Of a stretch of DNA of 64,000 bases, positions 38,301-45,952 are shown piece after piece. A model generated the notes under the pieces. It was not told where the DNA came from. It was given only the letters and a program-made list of their open reading frames with translations, and ran no database searches. This DNA is from Myxococcota bacterium. GTDB lineage: Bacteria > Myxococcota_A > SURF-8 > G963663525. The DNA lies in assembly GCA_963676915.2 (NCBI GenBank), contig CAXXVK010000031.1, positions 28,646 to 92,645 of the forward strand, read 5' to 3'. How positions within the stretch are numbered: the first letter of the stretch is position 1; the number at the start of each line of letters is the position of its first letter. A program made the translations under genes and the position numbers.

Positions 38301-38576
38301 GATGGAGGGGAAACCTTTCTCCTGTATAAATTGGATCTCCGGGTGCCGATTTTCCGGCAATTCCAGGCTGGTGCGTTCATGGATTCCGGTGGCTTGTGGA
38401 GACAACCGAAGCATACCCATTTGAATCTGCTGGATTACAAAAACAGTGCGGGCGGTGGGATTCATTATCGTACACCTGTCGGTGATGTCTCGTTGGAAAT
38501 CGGCTGGAACCTTGCCCCCAAACGTGATTTGGACGAAGAAACCTGGCGGTTGCATTTCAATATCGGGTTGTTTTAG
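35301..38576 (+). CDS. Omp85 (BamA/TamA) family outer-membrane protein with extended POTRA array
   Basis: Repeated I.F.GN..S...L POTRA starts; barrel with FKLGGRTTIRGF, YRTPVG, terminal LHFNIGLF. Confidence 0.9.
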   Translation: MAIFRYPQFGCFRQVTANALICLWITLFATIFPVQLKAEDETSSETPEENVRVEYVLDQPTEDEELNLFLKELNASTSGEDLTPENLEAIQSHIGTLFASGYFSQIRAQKVEEGGKSWLRFEVAPKIRIDGIIIIGNNTVSDENIRNVLTLQENGAVFEGDLDREIKKIERLLLLHGFPNALVLARLVELTPYRALLDFFIDEREPVQVTKISFEGEPHFSKEVLRSRFPIRIGERVDMERLRTAVRKLRSYYRSKRFEEVRILLPEASLDTEKGRDMLLKGIVRLDIRSGKPIEFKFLGNHLYSPKELRAAIEPDLNPVLSKPEVLNPSNRERSPKAMNRDWLFGGYSKKKVAEEEDESLGSALITTYTNATCARLAERLREFYKKQGYLFVKIRYRVVKKERKKTILFDIRENRRVKVDEIRFRGNEAVESEVLKRELQAYVREKLTTGEEDEMGPPDPESMDHKVYWGHPYYRTRFKASPPAYYRPAKIQSDRLFLPELYEQAAENLKVFYMERGYLNARVTPPGTRFRYKRSRVDLDLAIDEGKQTRIAEVRIAGNEAFAAETLFKESGLRIGKPLNPLRFSDIEKKLKDFYDASGYIYADVDISYTLPQSTEDARVLIAVREGVQAQYGQIVVAGARKTRTSVIKRELTFRPFDVYDPEEIERSSYYLRRMDLFQSTRIQPWEPEKEEVYKRIVVRVKERTLSSYELSAGVATDDGLRGGAGYLYRNLFGIGLEFRARAKANHRIMQLLDPGFREVYRRKSFKDLLERKISLGLRYPSIYGTHIGTNLEVVHLRRQERAYGLDKNSIVLSFDTEIGRQLSLVQINEWSLQDSESTYVAGTGVEDTARPDERPPSSSTISDLYRYRPPEGRSWEYSPKFRLTYDLRDSLFEPTRGVVFTLLAEWFETLSGLNADLMRNQVGGAVYIPLSQSRKPWVIKVAAKGGWIHNFGKRETPIDKLFKLGGRTTIRGFSEQQVYPLDMSDEEKQIIIWNDEPSDGGETFLLYKLDLRVPIFRQFQAGAFMDSGGLWRQPKHTHLNLLDYKNSAGGGIHYRTPVGDVSLEIGWNLAPKRDLDEETWRLHFNIGLF

Positions 38577-38598
38577 AGATTTCAGTGGGCCAGTCGGG

Positions 38599-38627
38599 TT
38601 GCAACTTTTGCATTCCGGCGTCATAAT
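38599..38627 (+). promoter_or_regulatory. Putative sigma70 promoter
   Basis: TTGCAA, 17-nt spacer, CATAAT. Confidence 0.45.
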
Positions 38628-38644
38628 TCGAACATCGACCCTGC

Positions 38645-39712
38645 GTGAAACGATCGTCTCGTAGCGTCCAATGGAATATCTCTATGGAAGGAAGCTCTTT
38701 GTTCCGTTCGATTCAGCCACTGATTTTGGCACTATTCCTTATGCTTTTTACGATTTTTTTCGTAAATGTTGCGGAAGTGCGTGCCGAAACGCCGATTCTG
38801 CTAACGGATATTTCTCCCGGCTCCCGAATTGAATTGGAAGCGGGTATGGCCGAAACGCTGAAGCCTGTCGAATCCGATGGCGTGCATTATCTTTTGCACA
38901 TGGAGCTTGAAGTTATCGAAAACGGACATTTTCGCATCGGCGTGCCGTTTTCGGGCTATACGGGTCCATTGGGACGAGACAACTTCATTCGTGGCAACCT
39001 GATGGGCGGCTTTTCCTACAACCACCCCTTTACCGACTGGTTTCGGCTGGGTGGCGTGGTGCGCCTGTATTTTCCTACCTATGAAAGTGCGGAGACCGTA
39101 GATTTCGGCTGGCCCTCCGATCCACGTCGAGCGGCATTGATGCATTGGCATACTCGTTTTGAATACGCATTCGAGGATTATTTTCCTTTTGAGACCCAAT
39201 TGACGTTCAAATTCGAGAAATGGGGTGTATTCCTGCAAGGGGAGGGCGGTTGGACCTATGCCGTACGTACGGAAAAAAACCGCTATCTCGATCGTCCTCG
39301 GCACGTTCAAATGGGTCAATACGGCTTGTCTTTGGGTTACAAACCAATCGAATACGTAGAATTCGGTCTGGCGGCGGTTGGATTGGTCGATCCTGAGCCG
39401 TCCATCCAAAATCTCGAAGCGCTTCTTGCTGCGCCGAAGCTTCGATCATCGAGCCGCACCAGCGCGGTTTCGGGAATTCGTCTGGCGTATGAATGGGCGT
39501 ATGCGGCGTTCAGTGCTTCGTTCCCTTTGGAGAGCGAGTTCCGGCGCTCCATGCATCCAACCTACCTGTTCACCTTCGGGGTTCGTTTCGGACGCATGCC
39601 GCCATACGACGGATGGGGTGAAGACGCTGTAACGTTCGAAAAGTCCGGTGAAATCGTGGCGGATGAAACTCCCTCCGAAGTGGAAACCGCTGCTTCGTCC
39701 GAAGAACCCTGA
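38645..39712 (+). CDS. Hypothetical outer-membrane beta-barrel protein
   Basis: Signal peptide (VRA-E), amphipathic aromatic strands, LYFPT, last strand FTFGVRF then acidic tail; start uncertain. Confidence 0.65.
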   Translation: MKRSSRSVQWNISMEGSSLFRSIQPLILALFLMLFTIFFVNVAEVRAETPILLTDISPGSRIELEAGMAETLKPVESDGVHYLLHMELEVIENGHFRIGVPFSGYTGPLGRDNFIRGNLMGGFSYNHPFTDWFRLGGVVRLYFPTYESAETVDFGWPSDPRRAALMHWHTRFEYAFEDYFPFETQLTFKFEKWGVFLQGEGGWTYAVRTEKNRYLDRPRHVQMGQYGLSLGYKPIEYVEFGLAAVGLVDPEPSIQNLEALLAAPKLRSSSRTSAVSGIRLAYEWAYAAFSASFPLESEFRRSMHPTYLFTFGVRFGRMPPYDGWGEDAVTFEKSGEIVADETPSEVETAASSEEP

Positions 39713-39964
39713 ACTCCACGTTTTCTTGAAAAATCAACCATTCCCGCCTTTTTGCATCCGTAAATCTTCTCGGAAAAAGCCTTTTGGTTAGCGATCTGTT
39801 CGACCTGTGGACGGATTCGCCGAAACCCTGGACATTCCGTGACAATATTGCTATTTTATCCATGTGCGAACGAACAACATCAGGAACAGTTTCGGGTCTT
39901 TTCGACCTGACAAAACACAGATATCGGGGGCTGGTGCAGCCGACAAACCTTCAGAGGATGGCGG

Positions 39965-41752
39965 ATGAAAAAGGCTTTACTACTCACAACTATTCTATCC
40001 TGTTTGATGATCGCCCCGTTGGGAGGAGGGATTTCTTCGGTTTGTGCTGAAGAATCCGCTTCTCCAACCGAAGATACGGGAGAAACCATTGATTTCGGCG
40101 TGATGACGCACAAAACGTCGATCCGTGGGGAACCTGATCTGAAATCTCCCACGATCCGCAAAACCAACACGGACGAAGAAGGTCTGGTGCTGGAACAAAC
40201 GAAGCGTTGGGTCAAACTCCGTTTCGACGACGCGACCGAAGGTTGGGTGCCTGCACGTCTGCTGATCGTCGATAAGCGCAGCAAAGCGGAAATCGAACGA
40301 AAAAAGAAGGAGTTGGAAGAAAAACGAAAGACTTTTGCCGAAATGGCCGTAATGAAAGAAGCGACCATCCTTCGTAGTGAACCGGCGAAAAGCTCGCCCA
40401 AAGCCCGGCGCGTTGCCAAAGGCGACCGCATCGAGATCGTCGAATACAGCAAAAGCAACCTGTGGATCAAACTGAAGTTCCCCAACGACGAAGTTGGCTG
40501 GACATTGCGGATGCTGGTTACCATCGAATGGGCCGCCCGAAAAGATCTGGAATACAAAGGACCGAAGCAATATGCCCTCGTGAAAAAAGAACAGCCGATT
40601 CTTTCCATGGGGCTTTCGCGCTCTCTTCCCGTACGTCAGGCCATCAAGGGAGAAGAAGCCCGCGTGATTCGCAAAATTGCGGACAAGAAATGGATCAAAC
40701 TCCGTTTCTCGGATGATGTCGAAGGCTGGATGCCGACGAGTTCGGTTACGTTGTCGGATCGATCGATCTGGGAGCCACTGCCGGGAAATGAAGGAAATTT
40801 CGAAAAACTCGCCGTGTGGGTGCAGTACCCGCAAAAGAAAATCACCAAAGAGGATTTTCGGGAGATCCGCAAATTCACCTCTCGGCAGGCCAAGCGTTTT
40901 TCGTACAAAGATCTGTTTCGACGCCCTCGTTTTTCCAAAATCATGAAGGAAACCTGGTATACCGAGCCATGCAATCCCAAAGATACCGAGTGTCTCGGCC
41001 TTTTCGGCATTCGCATGGGCGTTGGGGAAATGCTTGTTGGGGAAGTCGAATTCGAAGAGCAGGAATGGTTTATCGAAATGCGTCGTTTCGATGTTGTTGG
41101 GAAGAAGTTCACCCACAAGGTCAACGATCAAATGGAAGGTGATATCAATACTTTACGGGTACTGATTACTACATCTATTAAGAAACTGTATAAAGATGAG
41201 AAACACCAAGCACCTGTAAAAGCAGCTCCCGTTGTCGCGGCGGTTCCTGCAGCAACTCCGAAAAAAGAAAAACCGAGAAAACCTAAAGTACGGGCTAAAA
41301 AGAAAAAACCTGCTCGTAAAGTCGATGACAAGTACAAAGTCCAAAGACCTGCAGAAAGAAAGGGCATCGGTCCCTTGGCGATTGCAGGATGGAGTGCTCT
41401 GGGTACCGGAGTGGCTCTCTGCGGTCTTGGTGGGGCAGGAATCGCCATGGCCTACAAATACGGTGACGACTACGAAAAGAATCTCTCGCCGGGAGCGAAA
41501 AGCAACAACAAAAGCTGGTCGGCTGTGGCGATTACATCGTTTTCGGTCGGTGGTGCACTAGCCCTTGCCGGAGCCGGACTGCTGATTTTTGACTCCCAGG
41601 CCGGGAAAGTCACCCTAGACGACCCTCCCGAGGCAAACGGAATGGGCGAAGAACTCCGCACGGATGATGAGGAAGACTCGTTCTACGGGTGGTGGATCGC
41701 ACCGGGGCAGCAAGGAAACGGATTCTCCTTCGGGCTTTCCGGAAGGTGGTGA
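39965..41752 (+). CDS. Secreted protein: 3x SH3b, CsgG/HfaB-like domain, Pro/Lys linker, two Gly-rich hydrophobic helices, terminal beta-hairpin
   Basis: W(V/I)KL.F.....GW x3; C-x6-CL..G..MGV..MLVGEV...IEMRRFDV; ends FSFGLSGRW. Confidence 0.75.
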   Translation: MKKALLLTTILSCLMIAPLGGGISSVCAEESASPTEDTGETIDFGVMTHKTSIRGEPDLKSPTIRKTNTDEEGLVLEQTKRWVKLRFDDATEGWVPARLLIVDKRSKAEIERKKKELEEKRKTFAEMAVMKEATILRSEPAKSSPKARRVAKGDRIEIVEYSKSNLWIKLKFPNDEVGWTLRMLVTIEWAARKDLEYKGPKQYALVKKEQPILSMGLSRSLPVRQAIKGEEARVIRKIADKKWIKLRFSDDVEGWMPTSSVTLSDRSIWEPLPGNEGNFEKLAVWVQYPQKKITKEDFREIRKFTSRQAKRFSYKDLFRRPRFSKIMKETWYTEPCNPKDTECLGLFGIRMGVGEMLVGEVEFEEQEWFIEMRRFDVVGKKFTHKVNDQMEGDINTLRVLITTSIKKLYKDEKHQAPVKAAPVVAAVPAATPKKEKPRKPKVRAKKKKPARKVDDKYKVQRPAERKGIGPLAIAGWSALGTGVALCGLGGAGIAMAYKYGDDYEKNLSPGAKSNNKSWSAVAITSFSVGGALALAGAGLLIFDSQAGKVTLDDPPEANGMGEELRTDDEEDSFYGWWIAPGQQGNGFSFGLSGRW

Positions 41753-41756
41753 GACA

Positions 41757-42419
41757 ATGAGTAATAACCTACGCAACACGTTGATCTTCTTGTGTTTTTC
41801 ATCTCTTCTCTTCGGATGTGCTATTGGTTTGCCCGATGTAGGCGGCGAAGGGGAGCCTTGTTCGAAAATCAATACCTGCCAACTCGGATTGACCTGTGTG
41901 GATGGCGTTTGTGAATCAGAAGGTGGCAATGACTCGCAGGACGATGGCGGTGACGAAGACACGACGACAGAGGAAGATCAGGTCGTAACGACCGATTTCT
42001 GTGACCCCGATCCTTGTGATGCTTCGTTGCATTTCCGATGTGACGAGCGCGCCGACGAGTGCGTTTGTGAACTCGGATATATCGACGATGGTGAGGGAGG
42101 TTGCCAGCATATTTGCGAGGCAGATACGACCTGCGCAGAACAGAACAGAGAATGCCTAGTACATGACGGAACCGACGGAGTAGCCGGAACCACCTATTGC
42201 AACGATTGCCTGGCTGGATATCACGCCGACATGGATGAATGTGTCGAAGATACGATTTGCCTTGCCACAACATGCAGTTCACATGGTTCTTGCGATGATA
42301 GCACCGGCTCGGTGGTTTGTACCTGCGATCAAGGATATGCAGGCAATCATTGTGAAAACTGCAATACGGGCTTTGTGTGGGATATTACAGGAGAAAGCTG
42401 CGTTCCTAGCGCGAATTGA
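41757..42419 (+). CDS. Cys-rich lipoprotein with EGF-like repeats
   Basis: Lipobox LFGC; CVCELGY, CSSHGSC...CTCDQGYAGNHC; starts 4 nt after the upstream stop. Confidence 0.82.
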   Translation: MSNNLRNTLIFLCFSSLLFGCAIGLPDVGGEGEPCSKINTCQLGLTCVDGVCESEGGNDSQDDGGDEDTTTEEDQVVTTDFCDPDPCDASLHFRCDERADECVCELGYIDDGEGGCQHICEADTTCAEQNRECLVHDGTDGVAGTTYCNDCLAGYHADMDECVEDTICLATTCSSHGSCDDSTGSVVCTCDQGYAGNHCENCNTGFVWDITGESCVPSAN

Positions 42420-42530
42420 GATCGGCGAAAAATCAAGCGGGGGGTAAAAGCAGGAGAACCGGGACGTAAGAGTGGCAAGGGGTTCTTGTTACGATTTTGT
42501 TCGAATTGTTTACATGTGGTGTTGAGATTG

Positions 42531-42559
42531 TTGACAAACTAAAACGCTGCCTATACAAT
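42531..42559 (+). promoter_or_regulatory. Near-consensus sigma70 promoter of the hybrid kinase
   Basis: TTGACA, 17-nt spacer, TACAAT. Confidence 0.7.
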
Positions 42560-42626
42560 TTCGCATGTGACGATCATGTATTGGATTTAATTTTGTCTTC
42601 CATTCGATAGAGGATCTTTCCTTCGC

Positions 42627-45353
42627 GTGACGGGAACCATTGTGAGTGATCCATCCGAAAAGTCTAAAATCATTCAGCGAATCACCCTGAATTTCAGTGA
42701 CAACGACCTCGAACAACAATTCAAAATTCACTATTTTGAATCCTCGTTGAAACAATTCCGTATTGCACTTCTGCTTGGCTTTTTGCTGTCTTTTCTATTT
42801 GTGTTGCGTGACTTTTTACTGATTAACGAAAACCTCAAAATGTTGTGGACCATTCGTATGGTAATTGTTCTGCCGTGTACGATTGGTATCATCGCACTTT
42901 CCTATCTGAAAATTTTCAGGAAAATTTGGCAGGCTTGTATTGTTTTGATCATTTTGATCTCCGGGCCTGGTGGTCTGTTTCTCTCGTATTTTTGGGGACG
43001 TATACCCAATTACCCCTACCATGTAGGATTGGTTCTGATTCTGTTTTTCGCTGCGTCGTTTACTCGAATTCGTTTCATCTGGTTTGTACCTTCGTTGTTC
43101 GTTTTGCTCCTCGTGTTCTTGTGGACCAAGGAGCCTTTGCGTGACACGGATCCGATTCTCTACGTTAACCACCTTACGTTTCTGTTGATTTCCTCTCTTT
43201 TGAGCATGGCAGTCTGCTACAGTCTCGAATACAACATAAGAAAGCACTTCCTTCAGGAGATCAACCTGCGGCAAAGCGAAAGCCATGCGAAAAATCTCTT
43301 CGAAGCCTCGTTCGAAGGTTTGTTGGTTGTAGACAACGAAACGATCCTCAATACCAACCAGACCGCAGAAAGGATGTTCGGCAACACGCTATTGGGTGAA
43401 AAAGTTACCGATCTGTTTTTAGAGGAATATAAACCGGCTGTATACGCCAAAATTCACGGCAAGACCGACGAAACCATTGAAGCGGTTTGTTTAAATCAGA
43501 ATAACGAGAAGCTGACGGTACAGATACAACTCAAGCCTCACGTATATGCCGGAAAAAACGTTCAGGTAATGGCGCTTAGAGACATCACCGCTGCCAAGCA
43601 GGTCGAGGAAGAGACGAAAAAGGCTAAAGAAGCGGCAGAGTTGGCAAGCAAAACCAAAAGCGAGTTTCTGGCCAACATGAGCCACGAAATCCGTACTCCG
43701 ATGAACAGCATCATCGGCATGACCAATTTCCTGCTGGAAACCGAACTCACGCCCGAACAGATCGAGTTCGCCGACACCGTGCGGGTGTCGTCGGAATCGT
43801 TGTTGAAGATCGTGGATGATATTCTGGACTTTTCCAAAATCGAAGCCGGGAAACTGGATCTGGAACCAGCTCCTTTCAACCTACCTCAGGAGGTTGAGGA
43901 AATCGGTCAACTGCTTGCTCCGCGAGCGGCGGAAAAAGGGGTCGATCTCGTCGTGCGCATCGCACCGAATGTCCCGGATCGTGTAATCGGGGACCAGCTT
44001 CGCATTCGTCAGATTCTCACCAATCTTGTCGGTAATTCGATCAAGTTTACCCATATCGGTTACGTTCTTTTGGAAATAGAATGCGAACCTCCGCGAGGTA
44101 AAAAAGCCGTAATTACCATGAGGGTGAAAGACACCGGCATCGGTATCAGCAAAAAACAGCAAAAAATACTGTTTGAAAAATTTACACAAGTAGATTCGAC
44201 GATCACGAAAAAATACGGCGGTACAGGGTTGGGGCTGGCCATCAGCAAACAACTGACTGAAATGATGGGCGGAAGTGTAGCTTTGGAAAGCGAAAGGCAA
44301 AAAGGCAGCACGTTTACCGTCACGTTACCTCTCGTGCTGGATAAAAGCTATCGGGGATCGTCCGTTCCTACGGCTTCATTGGCCAATCTGAGCCTTCTGG
44401 TGATCGGTGAAGACAGCATGAGCCGCAAGGTACTGGCCGAGCTGCTTGAAAGCTGGAACATTCAATATCAGACCGCTTCGACCGGCAAAGACGCGCTGCG
44501 TTCGATCAAAAACAATATGAAAGAAGCGGTCAAATATACCGTAGCATTGATCGATTGTTCCGCCGTGAGCTTCGATGGCGAATTGCTGGCACAGGTAATT
44601 CGAGCCAAACCGGAATTTCGTGAAACCTCTCTTGTGGCGATGATATCAGCCGACCAGATGATGGACGTGAAAAACCTGCGTTCTTCCGGATTTCACGCTT
44701 ATCTCGTCAAGCCGATACGTCGTCAACGTCTTCTCGAAACTTTACAGGCGGCACTGTTCAGTTATCTTGACCCCAACGAAACTGCGGGAATCCAGAGCAA
44801 TAACATGCACCTTGTAGAAAGCGATTCCGGCGATTTCGCTTTCCCGGCGCAGGCAAAGCGTTCTGATCAGAAACCGGTCGAAAAGAAAATAGTCGATACA
44901 AAGGCCGAAGAGAAGAAAACTGTTTCCCATCCGGAGACAAAGGAAAAAAGAAACAATAAAATCCTTTTGGTGGATGACGATAAGTTCAACCGTCGAGTGG
45001 CGCAGTTGATGCTTGCTAAGCTGCATGTCGAAGTAGAGGAAGCCATCAATGGTTTCGATGCGGTGAAGAAATTCGAAACCGAAGAATACGGCTTGATTCT
45101 AATGGATTGCCAGATGCCGGAAATGGACGGCATGGAAGCGACAACGAATATACGAAAACTCGAAAAAGACCTGGGAAATCGGCACGTTCCCATCGTTGCA
45201 ATGACAGCCTTCGCCATGAAGGGAGACAAGGAGCGTTGCATCGAAGCCGGAATGGACGACTACATCTCGAAACCCGTAAAACCGGAAGCCCTCGAAGAAG
45301 CCGTTCATAAGTGGCTGTTCAAAAAGGAAAAAGAAGCCCGACCCAACGTGTAA
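42627..45353 (+). CDS. Hybrid sensor histidine kinase (6TM, PAS, HisKA, HATPase, REC, REC)
   Basis: [60 protein letters not shown]. Confidence 0.95.
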   Translation: MTGTIVSDPSEKSKIIQRITLNFSDNDLEQQFKIHYFESSLKQFRIALLLGFLLSFLFVLRDFLLINENLKMLWTIRMVIVLPCTIGIIALSYLKIFRKIWQACIVLIILISGPGGLFLSYFWGRIPNYPYHVGLVLILFFAASFTRIRFIWFVPSLFVLLLVFLWTKEPLRDTDPILYVNHLTFLLISSLLSMAVCYSLEYNIRKHFLQEINLRQSESHAKNLFEASFEGLLVVDNETILNTNQTAERMFGNTLLGEKVTDLFLEEYKPAVYAKIHGKTDETIEAVCLNQNNEKLTVQIQLKPHVYAGKNVQVMALRDITAAKQVEEETKKAKEAAELASKTKSEFLANMSHEIRTPMNSIIGMTNFLLETELTPEQIEFADTVRVSSESLLKIVDDILDFSKIEAGKLDLEPAPFNLPQEVEEIGQLLAPRAAEKGVDLVVRIAPNVPDRVIGDQLRIRQILTNLVGNSIKFTHIGYVLLEIECEPPRGKKAVITMRVKDTGIGISKKQQKILFEKFTQVDSTITKKYGGTGLGLAISKQLTEMMGGSVALESERQKGSTFTVTLPLVLDKSYRGSSVPTASLANLSLLVIGEDSMSRKVLAELLESWNIQYQTASTGKDALRSIKNNMKEAVKYTVALIDCSAVSFDGELLAQVIRAKPEFRETSLVAMISADQMMDVKNLRSSGFHAYLVKPIRRQRLLETLQAALFSYLDPNETAGIQSNNMHLVESDSGDFAFPAQAKRSDQKPVEKKIVDTKAEEKKTVSHPETKEKRNNKILLVDDDKFNRRVAQLMLAKLHVEVEEAINGFDAVKKFETEEYGLILMDCQMPEMDGMEATTNIRKLEKDLGNRHVPIVAMTAFAMKGDKERCIEAGMDDYISKPVKPEALEEAVHKWLFKKEKEARPNV

Positions 45354-45409
45354 AAAAGGTCAAACAATGTCGAGCAAGAAGTTTGCCCGACCTGCCATTT
45401 CTTCTCAAA

Positions 45410-45907
45410 TCAGTGCATTTCGAGTTTTTGCCCGGCAACTTTCAACGGTGTTTCGGGTACCAGTTCGGCCAGAATATCCGTTGTTTCGAAACGTAGGCCC
45501 GCTTGAGGGAATCGGACGGTTCCGTCCTCGTAATAGCCGGGAAACAGAATCGGGTCGCCGTTGAGGTTATATCCCAGTTGAATAATGGATTGTGCCGCGA
45601 TGGTTTCCTTACCGGTGTCGAGCGTCCTGCGTAAAAAGTAAATTCCCTGCATTTTTCGAGGGATCAACGCCTCGATGAACTCCGGTTCATCTCCGAGTCC
45701 CGGACCCTCGTCCCTGAAAGACCAGGTATTGTTTTCATTGTTTTGGGGAACCTGCACGAAGGGTTGATTTTGCTGGGAATGATTGTGGAACATCACCAGA
45801 CGTCCCTCGGGCAAGAATTTGGGGTCTTTGGCCAAGGCTTTTCCCGTAACGTACAAACCACAGGGCGGCAAACCGGGAGACGCAGGCTTGGGCTTGGAAT
45901 CACTCAT
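45410..45907 (-). CDS. Hypothetical protein with PPCGLY and FHNH motifs
   Basis: Follows the M16 gene on the same strand; protein-like composition; start at 45907 or 45934. Confidence 0.7.
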   Translation of the reverse strand: MSDSKPKPASPGLPPCGLYVTGKALAKDPKFLPEGRLVMFHNHSQQNQPFVQVPQNNENNTWSFRDEGPGLGDEPEFIEALIPRKMQGIYFLRRTLDTGKETIAAQSIIQLGYNLNGDPILFPGYYEDGTVRFPQAGLRFETTDILAELVPETPLKVAGQKLEMH

Positions 45908-45952
45908 CTTTTTTCTTCTTCCCGGCTCGTCCAAATGAAACGAGCCATTTGA

